The position numbers and the translations under genes were made by a program. From positions 23,064,001 through 23,128,000 of the forward strand of contig OX597826.1 of the NCBI GenBank assembly GCA_951406725.2: DNA of 64,000 nucleotides, in the 5' to 3' direction. Source of the DNA: Octopus vulgaris. Lineage: Eukaryota. The notes below the pieces were generated by a model. The model had not been told where the DNA came from. It did not search any database and worked only from the letters and a program-made list of their open reading frames with translations. Shown one piece after another: positions 23,953-35,798 of this stretch (the first letter of the stretch is position 1; every line of letters begins with the position of its first letter).

Positions 23953-24334
23953 TCTCTCTATATATAACGGCAGTTTGTCTGTCTGTATGTCTGTGTGTCT
24001 GTCAGGTTGTACCCTCACCCTGACCACGGCTTTCAACCGATTCTGATGAAACTTGACACACACATAGCCCAATGTCATAATTCAAAACTAACGCAGCGAA
24101 AATTTTGAAAAGTTCCCCCAGTTCTGAAAAATATCGATAAATTCGACATGGGATCGAGAATCAGAAGCACAAACCACAGACTATCTAGGGGACGCAACTC
24201 GACCTTTTTAACTCTCAAAAAAATTTACCATCATTTTTTCCCCATTTTTTTGCTATTTTTTGGCTATAACTCTCTAAAAATGCTTTATAGTTATTTCCCT
24301 TACAAACCCGAGCAACGCCGGGCGATACTGCTAG
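23953..24334 (+). mobile_element. Non-autonomous Helitron
   Basis: A|TC start, CCCGAGCAACGCCGGG hairpin, CTAG|T end; homologous to 53341-53727. Confidence 0.88.
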
Positions 24335-24408
24335 TTAATTATAAAACAATACAACTGAAGTATGTTTAGTTAACCGGAACACGAGTTCCTTATACAAAGC
24401 TTCTACAG

Positions 24409-24463
<55 letters not shown>

Positions 24464-24497
24464 GTACGTATATATTTGTTGTGCAAGATTTTTTATA

Positions 24498-25820
24498 CTA
24501 GGAGCTAGTATAAGAGTTACCCTAAAAGGTCACACGTTTAAGTTTAACAATAAAATATATGCCCAGGACGAGGGGGAAGCCATTGGCGTTAGTATCGCTG
24601 GTGATGTAGCCAACCTTTTCATGGTATGGTGGGACAGAAGACTTAAAGAACGCCTAACACAGAACTCCATACTCATAAACATGTACTCTCGCTATGTTGA
24701 TGATATCAATATAGTGGTAAAGGCACCCCCACAAGAGAGTACTGTTGATATAGTAATAGAAACTAATACTATGGAGAGCATCCAGCAAATAGCTAACTCC
24801 ATCCACCAGAGTATTAAGGTCACAATAGACTACCCCACTAAACACCCCAACCATAGACTACCACTACTAGACACTGAACTCTGGCTAGAAATTGTGAATA
24901 ATAAAACCCAAATCCTTCATTCGTACTATGCCAAACCTATGGCCTCAAAATACTTGATCCACCGGAACTCAGCCATTGCGGACAATGCCAAATTCAATAT
25001 TTTGATGGCAGACCTCATCAGAAATGTGTCACGCATGTGCGAGCCTACAGAGTTAAAGAGACACATACAATATTTCATTCACCGCATGCAGTTCTCAGGT
25101 TACAGCCATAAAGAAAGGATCAGAGTATACAAAGGAGCCATGAAGAAATTTGATAATATATTATGTAATGATAGGAATGGGATTTGCCCACTCTATAGGA
25201 ACAAGTCATGGAACACTATAGAAAGGACAAAAAAGAAAATAGGGAAGGCCAACTCTTGGTATGATAGCCATAAATACCAGAGTGTCATGTTCGTTGACAC
25301 CACCCCTGGAGGTGAACTGGCGTACTGCTTTAGAAGGACTCTAGGCAAACTTAAGCTAAGGATTAAGGTTGTTGAAAAGCCAGGCAACCATATCAAATCT
25401 ATAATTGGTAGAACCTATCCTTTTAGTAGAACCCCCTGTATGGATAAGTACTGTACTGTATGTAGATTTAGCCCACAAACAAACTGTAAAGCCAGAAATG
25501 TAGTCTATAGTATAAGATGTATAGAGGGACGATGCAGTAACAAGACAACGACATACGTAGGGGAAACGGCAAGAAGCATAGGAGAGCGGGTAAATGAACA
25601 TTGGTGACAACTCAAGGAAGGTAAAAGCTCATCGATTCTGTACCAACACGCCGAACAGGAACACGGGGGATCAATCAACAACATAGACATTAAAGTATTG
25701 TCCATACATAGAACAGATGCAACAATCAGACAAATTACAGAAGCTACACACATAATAGAAAATAAACCTAGCCTGAATAGGAAACTAGAATGGAACACTA
25801 GCACACACCACAACATATGA
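24498..25820 (+). pseudogene. 5'-truncated Penelope-like element: RT plus C-terminal GIY-YIG endonuclease
   Basis: IYAQDEGEAIGVSIAGDVANLFM..YSRYVDDI..LPLLD..; PCMDKYCTVC..NC..VVYSIRC..TYVGETARS; one in-frame TGA (25605-25607), then continues to KPSLNRKLEW. Confidence 0.9.
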
Positions 25821-26200
25821 CGGTAGAGGATCCCGAAAACATAATAAATACACAGATAAATAAACTAATAGAAATAAATAACTATATAAGTTTTTTATTT
25901 ATTTATTATTATTACTAGTATTGTTGTTATATATACATACATACAAGCATATGCAATGATAATAATAAGTGGATGTAAACATGAACAAAATAAGAATAAA
26001 CAAAAACAACAACAAAAACAAATTACATGAACGTATATAAACAGAAGAGACAAATATTACAGGCAACCCCCCACACACACCACTAAATAAACATAGACGC
26101 ACATAGAGATATAAGCATGCGCAAATGAAGACATACAATAGAAATACAAAATGGCTGACGGTTAGTAAGGAGAGACACAAATAAGAAAGAAGAAAACAAA

Positions 26201-26245
26201 GGACCACTGATGCGGTCACAGGAGTGTGACGAAAGAACTCTGGCC
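26201..26245 (+). ncRNA. Variant minimal hammerhead in the Penelope 3' pLTR
   Basis: GGACCA CTGATGCG GTCACA-GGAG-TGTGAC GAAA GAAC TC TGGCC; A9 position is C, stem III minimal. Confidence 0.45.
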
Positions 26246-26332
26246 GAAATAAGATTAAGTTTAATGTAAAAAATAAATAACACTGAAGCAAAATAACATC
26301 AAATATATAGTGACCATTCCGAAATATAACAG

Positions 26333-26349
<17 letters not shown>

Positions 26350-26363
<14 letters not shown>

Positions 26364-27416
26364 TCTGAAATGCGAAAAGTTTGTTTGTTTGTCTGGTTTT
26401 GGCATTGAGAACGGGTTAAAGGTCACTAGATCCCGTCGGATTGACTCCAAAATTTACAGGTACATATAATATGAGGTGAGGATGCGAGTGGGCTAGGTTA
26501 GAAATCCCCATCATAAAAGGTGTCTTTGCTAGGGCCAATAACGTACTTTGACAAGTCTACTCTCATTCTTTTATGTATCTGTCTTCCTCCATCACTCACT
26601 CTCTTTCCTCCCTTCCTTTCACATTTTATCTATAACGTCGTTTCACAGCGTCTACATCCCTTCACTTTGTCTTTATAACGTCGTTTCACAGCGTCCTATA
26701 TCTCCCCCCACCCCGCCTTCTACAGGGCTTTCACACTCTCTCTCTCTCTCTCTACATCTGTCTGCATTCATAGAGAGAATTATCATCACCACCACCACCA
26801 CAACACAATCATGAGACAAATATTATGAATCAGATATTTATTGGGTTAATTTATACATGTGCGTGTGTGTGTGTGTTCTATATATAAATATGTATATATA
26901 ATATATATATACATATATATATATCTGTATTTATGTATGTTAAACTTTTTAATACTTTTTGATAGTTATATATATATTTTTTTAAATTATAAATATAAAT
27001 TGATAATTTTAATTTTAAATTTAAATAATTTAAATTTTAAAATTTTTATATTTTATATATTTTGTATATTATATTTTTATTTTTATGTTTTGGTTTATGT
27101 TTTTCACTGTTTGATTTGCCTAATACTGGTTTTATCTCTAATTTAATTTATATATATATAATTTGTATACATTTGTATATATAATGCATACACACACACA
27201 CACATAAATATATATAATGCGGATATATATATATATGTAGGTCCCGGGTTGAGTCGCGGTTAACCACCGTAAATAAGGTACTCAATACATAGCAGAGTAA
27301 AGTAATTTATTTTATAGAAGGAGCTTCTACAGAACTAGAACTGTTTCATTCAGATGAAATCTTCAGGATGAAGATTTCATCTGAATGAAACAGTTCTAGT
27401 CCTGTAGAAGCTCCTT

Positions 27417-27462
<46 letters not shown>

Positions 27463-28773
27463 GTGTGCATTATGTGGTCGGTTGTGCTGAAAATATGCAC
27501 ACCTATGTTAAAAGTGCTGGAGAGTTTGCATGGCAACTACTTTTTTCCTCAAATGAAACGCGTGACCTCTAGGACAAAATCCCTCATCTTATAAAATGTG
27601 GCCCTGGTAGACCCGAATGAAATCGGGTTATATTAACCAAAATGTGAAAAGAGGTCTAAATGGGGCTTGAAGGGGATTAAAATTTACAGGAGTGGGTGTT
27701 TAGGAATTATCTGTTACATAAAGCTAAAAAATTTGCGCCAGCCTTTAAATCGTCAATGTGTTGCCGTCCATGATGAAGAAGTTTTGAATGATTGCTATAG
27801 TGAGTCTACTGTCGTGAGAAAGAATCACTTCAAAGCTTGGTGTTTAGGAATTTTCTTTCACATCAAGTTAAAAATTTTACGCCAGCCGTTAAACTGCCAC
27901 TACGTTGCCGTCCGTCGTTAAGAAATGCCAGCCATGGTGACTCTACTATCCTCAGATTCTATCCCTTCAAACTTTGGTTTCCAATATTTTTAAAATTTTT
28001 ATTCAGCTCGCAAGTTCGTCTGTCCCTTTTAAATGTTAGTGTTTTGCTTTCTGCCTTGAAGCAGACCTTTCCTTTGTCACTGCCTGATATTTATGATTGA
28101 TCTTTCAAAATATTTCTTTCTCAACTTACTCAAGATCTATTGTTGTTTATAAATGGGAGAGAGATAGATAGAGAAAGATAGAGAGTAAGAGAAAGCGAGG
28201 GAGAGTCCGAGAGAAAGGAAGTGTAAGAGAGTGGAAAAGTGAGAGAGAAAGGAGAGAGAAACAAAGAGGGAGAATCATCATCATCATCATCATGGTTTAA
28301 CGTCCGTTTTCCGTGCTAGCACCGGTTGGACGGTTTGACCGGGGTCTGGGAAGCTAGGAGGCTGCACCAGGCTCCAGTCTGATCTGGCAATGTTTCTACA
28401 GCTGGATGCCCTTCCTAACGCCAACCTCTCTGTGAGTGTAGTGGGTGCTTTTTTCGTGCCAGCGGCACAGGTGCCAGGGGTGCGGGGCTGGCAGCGGCCA
28501 CGATTGGTTGGTGCTTTTTACGTGCCACCGGTACAGAAGCCAGTCAAGGCTGCGCTGCCATCGGCCACGTGCAGATGGTGCTTTTTACGTTCCGAAAGGA
28601 AAAGAGAAAGCGAGGGAGAGTCCGAGAGAAAGGAAGAGTAAGAGAGTGGGAAAGTGAGAGAGTAAGGAGAGAGAAACAAAGAGAGAGAATGTGGTGATAA
28701 ACAACAGAAAAGAAGCAACAGAAAGTAACAACCACACTCTTACCTGCTCTACGCGCGGGTCACCTTAAGCTAG
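26350..28773 (+). mobile_element. Non-autonomous Helitron (family 2) with nested insertions
   Basis: 5' part 26352-26730 matches 28776-29163; ends CACCTTAAGCTAG at 28773. Confidence 0.7.
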
Positions 28774-29303
28774 TCTATATTATAATTCTGAAATGCGAAA
28801 AGTTTGTTTCTTTGTTTGTTTGTCTGGTTTTGGCATTGAGAACGGATTAAAGGCCACTAGATCCCGTCGGATTGACTCCAAAATTTACACGGACATGTAA
28901 AATGAGGTGAGGATGCGAGTGGGCTAGTTTAGAAATCCCCATCTTAAAAGGTGTCGTTGCTAGGACCAAAAACGCACTTTGGCAAGTCTACTCTCATTCT
29001 TTTATGTATCTGTCTTCCTCCATCACTTACTCTCTTTCCTCCCTTCCTTTCACTTTCTATATATAACGTCGTTTCACAGCGTCTACATCCCTTCACTTTG
29101 TCTTTATAACGTCGTTTTACAGCGTCCTATATCTCCCCCCTCCCCGCCTTCGACAGCGCTTTCAGGAAGAGTAAGACAGTGGGAAAGTGAGAAAGGAGAG
29201 AGAAACAAAAAGGGAGAATGTGGTGATAAAAAACAGAAAGGAAGCAACAGAAAGTAAGAACCACACGCTTACCCGCACACCTTACCGCGGGCACCTTAAG
29301 CTA

Positions 29304-29304
<1 letters not shown>
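28774..29304 (+). mobile_element. Non-autonomous Helitron (family 2), second tandem copy
   Basis: TC start directly after the preceding CTAG; CCCGC..GCGGG hairpin; CTAG|T end. Confidence 0.8.
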
Positions 29305-29350
<46 letters not shown>

Positions 29351-30139
29351 TATATGGAAACACATAAAAAATAAAATTAATGTTCGTATTTGGTTGGTCA
29401 GTCAATAAGATTAAAATCTTCAAACAAGAATCGATATCAAAGATATAAGTTCATATGTAGAAAAACTCATTCTTTCTCTCTCCTTCTCTCCCTATCCCTC
29501 TCTTTCTGTCTGTCTTTCACTTTCTCACTCTCTCCACTCTCTTTACTTCTCTCTATTACCCACTCATTTTCGTTCTCTCTCTTTCTCCCTCTTCCTCTCT
29601 TACTCTTTTTCTTCTTTCTCTTTCTATCACTTTCTTTCTCTCTTTTTTCTCGTTCTCTCTCTTTCTCTCTGTTACTTTCTTTCTTTTTTCTCGTTCTCTC
29701 TCTTTCCCTCTGTTACTTTCTCTCTCTCTATCTATCTATCTTCCCCTCTCTCCCACCTCTGTCTCTTTCTTTCTCTCTCAGTCTCTCCCTCGCTCTTTTC
29801 CCCAAGACAATGTAGCATAGTCAACATACAACTCGCTTTCTCACCCTCTCTCTCCCTCTTTCTTTCTCTCTATCTCTCTCTCTCTTATATTTTGAATACT
29901 GTTTTTCTTTTCGTTTTCCATTATTTTGTTTGTTGGTGTTTTACATTACATTTCTTTGGTTTGTCGCTTTTCTTTTCCGTCCTAATTCTTACCCCGCTCT
30001 CTTCCCCCTCCCCCTCCTCAATAAACCTAATCAATGATTATTAACCTGTTACCACACATTAAAATCAATCATACTTAAAAGACACATATTCACACACACA
30101 CACACACACACCCACACACACACGTACACGCCATAGCCA

Positions 30140-30835
30140 CTCACAATAAAAGGGAACACTGGTAGCATGTACCATTGAAGACCTCAAGCACAACACACCC
30201 GATATAATGATTTGGGATAGAGAAGAAAAACTGTGTACAGTTATGGAAATTAGCTGCCCAGCAGATGTTAACATAAAGCTGAAGATTAGTGAAAAAGAGA
30301 ACACCTATGCTGAACTATTGAGAAATCTGCAGTTACTCTATGCAGATTACAAGTTCAGGTTTATACCTGTAATTATTGGGACCTTGGGATATGTAACACA
30401 CTGCCTAAATACCAATCTTGAGAAATTAGGCTTCTTAAAACCAAAAAGGAGAAAGCTAGTTCGAAGACTACAGGTCCAATCCTTCACTGGAACTGTAAAA
30501 ATCTGTAAAACTTTCCAGAAGTTTAACATTGAAATGTATATGATATATAACTATATGCATGAGAATACATACATAAAACATACAAATCTATATATGCATG
30601 TATGTATGTATGTATGTATGTATGTATGTACATGCATACATACATACGTACATACATATATACACATACATACATACATACATGCATGCATACATACATA
30701 CATACATGCATACATACATACGTACATACGTACACTATTGTTGATATTGAAATTTCAATGAAGAAGCCTTGGCTCTGGGCTAGAAGCGGTTCTTTCTCTA
30801 TTGGCAAGAAATCTTGAAATAAACTGAATAATGAT
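30140..30835 (+). mobile_element. 3' end of an RLE-type non-LTR retrotransposon (R4/Dong-like)
   Basis: HNTPDIMIWDREEK..VMEISCP..EKENTY..IPVIIGTLG: PD-(D/E)xK-type endonuclease; flanked by (CA)n and (TACA)n. Confidence 0.75.
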
Positions 30836-31397
30836 ATACATACATACATACATACATACAAACCGAGACTCTGCTACACTCTCTATAAATTTCCTACTGG
30901 GAATGACCATATTTATGAGAATCTTACATTGCTTATAAACTCTATATTTGGAAGGATTCATATTAAACTCTGTCGGACTTTTGGATTTTACTCAAAGGAT
31001 ATTGGAATATTGTATATATACCATTATGCCTATAAAACGGATTTACAAATTCAATACCCACACATATCTTACATCTATTTGCTTTTCTCCACCTCAGTCT
31101 CTATTTGTATCACAACTATGACTAAATTTTTCCTCTCACACCGTCTCCAATGAAGGGATATTATTAATTAATATGCTAGAAACAGCTGTAAGACCTTCTA
31201 TATATAAATGCTCTAATCTATACAGCCTTGGTTTTTTTATCTTATTACGCATAAAATTCTTATATACACACGCTAACATAGAACCAACGTTGAACCCTTT
31301 ATTCGCAATATTACCGAATCTGGAACTTAACTATGGTCTGTCTATAGCACTTATTCAGCATTACCTGACACCTTTGGGTCTCAATGACACCATTATC

Positions 31398-31444
<47 letters not shown>

Positions 31445-31850
31445 ACAGGCTTCTTTCAGTTTCTGTTTACCAAATCCACTCACAAGGTTTTGGTCGGCCC
31501 GAGGCTATAGTAGAAGACACTTGCGCAAGGTGCCACGGAATCTTCTTATCATACAGCCACGCCTGCGCCGGTGTACATATATACTGCTTATATATATATA
31601 TATATACATACATAAAATATATAGGGTAGCGAGTTTTTTTATAATTTCACTACTAGTAGCCTAGCACGTATAAAAAAAGTCAATAGACAACATATTTTCA
31701 ATATAAAATAGTGTATATTTAAACAGAAGAGAAACTACCTTTAAGTAGAAGATTAGTTCGGCACTTTTTCATTTGTTGCGCGGTGAATTTGAAAAATTAT
31801 AATATATAATGATGAAACACGTGTTATTTGCCTCTAAATTATATGTTAGT

Positions 31851-31919
31851 GTTACTGATGAGAATTTCGCCTAGCAAATTATTTTATTTGCTAAATAAAA
31901 TTCGAAATCTAGGTATGAC
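31851..31919 (+). ncRNA. Type I hammerhead ribozyme
   Basis: Stem I GTTA/TGAC, CTGATGA, stem II GAATTT..TAGCAAAT/ATTTGCTA..AAATTC, GAAA, stem III ATCT-AGGT, triplet GUA; lies between ~40 bp inverted repeats 31709-31750 / 32028-32067. Confidence 0.75.
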
Positions 31920-32066
31920 CGTAAAAAAATAGTAAGGTAAAAGTTTTTTTATTTTTCATTCTCTCCGAAATTACTCTTAAATGTGGTTTTGTTAGTTTTT
32001 GGCTGCTTCTTCTAGCGTGTAAAACTACCTGCTAAAGGTAGTTTCTCTTGTGTTTAAATTTACACT

Positions 32067-32472
32067 AAATGTGGACGTTCTAACTGTGGAACATGCCCCC
32101 ACCTTCTGGAGGGTTCAGAATTCCAATTCAAACAAGGAGAAATATTTAAGATCAAATCAAATTTCACCTGCGCCTCAGCAAATGTAATCTATGTCATGAC
32201 ATGCATAGGATGTGGTAAACTCTATATTGGACAAACAGGAATTTCGCTCCGTCAAAGAATCACCATTCACATAGAGCAAATCCGCCACCCAGGTGAGTGA
32301 ACACATAGAAAGGTGTGCCAGGAATCTTAATCCCAATTTCCAAATATTTTCCTTTTACCAATGTTCACAGAACACCACAATGCAACAAAGGTTGAATAAA
32401 GAGGCATTTTTCATCAACAAATTTCTCCCCCAACTAAATATGAACACACAACTCAATACAGAACACCACTAA
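32067..32472 (+). pseudogene. Penelope (Neptune-like) GIY-YIG endonuclease fragment
   Basis: CGRSNCGTCPHL..FTCASANVIYVMTCIGCGKLYIGQTG..LRQRITIH; after a frameshift ..IFSFYQ..EAFFINKFLPQLN. Confidence 0.85.
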
Positions 32473-33431
32473 CTCTTCAATTGAAACCACTAACCCCTAT
32501 ACACTTCCTACACCACTCACATCTCTAAATCCTCCCTTACAAATAATCTTTTTTCTCAGGAACTATTAGACCTGACACCGTGCATTAGCCGGTGTTTTTC
32601 AAACGATGAATAGCTTTGCGTAAATCATGGTCCATTTTGTTCTCTTACTTTATTATCATCTTATAGTCATCTCATAATAATGACTTTTATGACTCGTATC
32701 ACTACCTCAATCAATCTAAATGTATATATTTGTCATTACCTGTCATAAATAGCCTTTTTTTATTTGCTATGTGCATTTTCGTTGATTTTCATATTTTACC
32801 CTTACATTTCCACGTGTATTTTATATTTTCTTTTTGTAACATATTTCTACTATATATATATATATATATATATTACTGTTTACTAGACCTGCGAAAAACA
32901 ACACCGTGATATCTTCAGATCAAACCTTTCTGTCTTAAAGAAGGAGAGAACGCATAAGACATTGTTGTTCCTAATATACAAAAGAGGAAAAGGTTAGGAT
33001 TTGAACACCTTTGATCATACATCTGGTCAATGAAGACTAATCTGAAATCAAATAACAATAACATAACTGTTTCTGTTCATTAAAAAAAAAAAATGTCTGG
33101 TACTTACTGTATCAGTATCTTTTTGCCGAAACATTAAGTTACGGGGAAGTAAACACACCAGCACCAGTTGCCAAACGGTGGTGGTACACACACTATATAT
33201 ATATAGATAGATAGATAGGTAGGTAGGTAGGTAGGTAGGTAGGTTGGTAGGTAGGTAGATAGATAGATATGTAAAGGGAGAGCATTTCCTTTCTGTCGTG
33301 ATCTTGAAGCAAAGATCGTCACATGTTACAAAACGATATTTGTCCCTCTGTTTTCTCTGTATGTTGGTCCCTTCCACTCATCCACCAGGAACTTTATCAG
33401 ACTTGCTTTGTTGGGAGGGCTGCTGAGCAAC

Positions 33432-35045
33432 TTACCTGTGCCCAGGTGCTATGCTTCTGAACTGGGTTCCTGTTTCAGATCCCCTGTTAATTCTTTCTGC
33501 ATTTTTTATGGATGATTCCTTGTAAAAATAAAAAACAACATCAATACGATGACTCTGGGCTCCTTCATGGAGAACGTGCGTCATCAATGACTCTGAGATC
33601 TGGGAGAAGGCCTTGTCACTTCCTTTCAGTTTCTGGACCAAGCTCATCCCATTAATAACTGTTGCTGACGGACTTGGAAGAATTTCTGCTGCAGCAACAT
33701 TCTTCTCCAACTCTCTAGATAGGGATGCTTTGTTGGTCTTACGGAGAGTCCCGTCGCCATCGGCAAGTGCAACTGGTAGAGGACCCAAAAGCTGAGTCAG
33801 TACATCGGCCATATGTAGTTTTCTGATTTCTGCTACAAGGATCATGTGATCAAACAAGTCTTGGTCACCTTTCAAAACCACATCCTTGGCATGCCCTTGA
33901 GTGCATGGTTTCTCTCTGATGTCCGAGAAAGTTTTCAGTCTCATTTTAGTCATCCTGTCATGGAATTTTTTAGATGGCACATCAGCTTCTTGTCTAAAGA
34001 TCTGGTATGATTCTTCTCCAAGTTTGTTAGCATCCAGGAGATTTTTTTCTATATCTTGTAGTGCTGCAGTGATACTCAAGTGGCACTCAAACTTACAAGA
34101 TCCTCATTTTCAGGTTTGAATAAGTTTAGCCAACTTGCATCCATGAGCTGGAAAAAAAGATTGGATATCCGCGTAATCTTTCTTGATCGTTGACTGATTG
34201 AGGTCAGCGTTGTTCAAGGAATGTATTTTGCTCTATTTGTCATAACTCTCAGCTGCCGCAAGTATGAGCTGCGATACTCTGAGATTAAATAGAACCTAGC
34301 CACTGCTCCAGCTTCCAGACTGAATCCTTTCGAGCCGCCAGGAGTTTGGGTGTCCTTGTTAACTGTCTCTTCGATTGTTTGGTCCACTGGTATACGTCCA
34401 AATGGATTTTGTTCTCCAACCTGGACTGCGAAACCACCATTCATGAAGTGTGCATGAACTTCAGGATGTTCAATGTGGAGTTGAGACATCATTGCATAGT
34501 AATAGGTCAGGAATCGAACATAGTTCACCTTGTCATAGGCAAAACACCATGGGATCATCTTTCCGATGGACACAAGATAGAGGATCCAGTTACCTTCTGG
34601 AAGCTCGTATTAGGCCAAGCATGATCTGCACTACGTCTATGTATGACATCCAGAAAGCCGACAGACTGTACACGCATCTAAAGAATTCAAGATAGGTTTG
34701 AAACAACTCCAAGATCCTTGTGCAGGACTCATTTCCAAGAACCTCTTGGAGGGACATCTTGGCTTACACTGCTTTGAAAGTTGCCTAAGACCTTCAATGT
34801 TTCTGCTAGGTGAGGCAAGCCTCATTAATGCTTCATGCACAAGTTTGTGCACCTTGACTGCACGGTTGTACTTGTGACCTTCCATGATCCCAGTCACTGA
34901 TCCATCTGCTGTGACACCCGATTCAACACATATATCCCTAAGCCCTGCATCTTGAAACCGCTTGCCGATGATAGAAAGGAGGTTGCTAATTGTGTGGAAA
35001 ACTTCCATCCTGATGATTATGTTTCTATATTTGTCTTTTCTCCAT
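33432..35045 (-). pseudogene. Academ-like (transposase plus XPG/PIN-like nuclease) DNA transposon remnant
   Basis: FHTISNLLSIIGKRFQDAGLRDICVESGV..KYNRAVKVHK; FAYDKVNY..DQTIEETVNKD..GG; VINGMSLVQ..RIDVVF..SIKNAER. Family assignment is from recalled motifs, not a search. Confidence 0.6.
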
Positions 35046-35072
35046 ACTATTTCAGTTGCCTTTGACTGACTC

Positions 35073-35798
35073 CAGTGTTTTTAGCCAAACTAGGATTGAC
35101 AGTCAACAGCGACAAATCAAAAATTATGCGCATTAATGAAGAAAACAGCAAACATATTAAACTAGAAACCGGTGAACTAGAGGATGTAGCCGAGTTTACG
35201 TATTTAGGTAGTAAGATAACGTTTTCAGGCGGCACCGACGAAGATATTAAGAGGAGAATAAGTAAGGCAAGGACTGCTTTTCACCTGTTAAAGAAAGTAT
35301 GGAGCGCAAGTGTAATTTCAATAAAGAACAAAATAAGAATTTTTAACACTAACGTAAAAGCGGTGTTATTGTATGGGGCTGAGACATGGCGAACAACAGT
35401 TTAGTCAAATAAGCAAATACAATCATTCATCAACAGATGCTTGCGTAGTATACTTAAAATTAGATGGCCCGAACAGACAAGCAATATGGAGCTATGGCAA
35501 AGAACAAATGAAGTTTCAATTAAGGAGCAAATATTTAAGAAAAAGTGGAAGTGGATTGGTAGCAAAATTAGAAAAGACACACCAAATGTAGCGAAAAGTG
35601 CTTTACAGTGGAAACCGGATAGATATAGAAGGAGAGGTAGGCCTAAGAACTTGTAGCAGAGATCAATACAAAAGGAACTAGAGAAAGGGGGACATTCATG
35701 GCAGAGTATAAGTACAGAAGCCAAAAATTATGCGACATGGAATTCAGCTACAAGTGGCCTATACTCCGCATTGGAGGGTTAAAGGCATAAAGAAGAAG
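35073..35798 (+). pseudogene. 5'-truncated RTE LINE
   Basis: GLTVNSDKSKIM..FTYLGS..RISKARTAF..LLYGAETW..CLRSILKIRWP..RRRGRPK; short GAA tail. Confidence 0.85.

Noticed and set aside
25605-25607. In-frame TGA in the Penelope ORF as possible selenocysteine (as in Naiad PLEs)
   Set aside because: The position is not a Cys site, the EN is C-terminal (not Naiad architecture), no SECIS is evident, and CGA>TGA decay is simpler.
31143-31194. Hammerhead homologous to 51971-52018
   Set aside because: Core mutated (CCAATGAA) and stem II disrupted; treated as dead.
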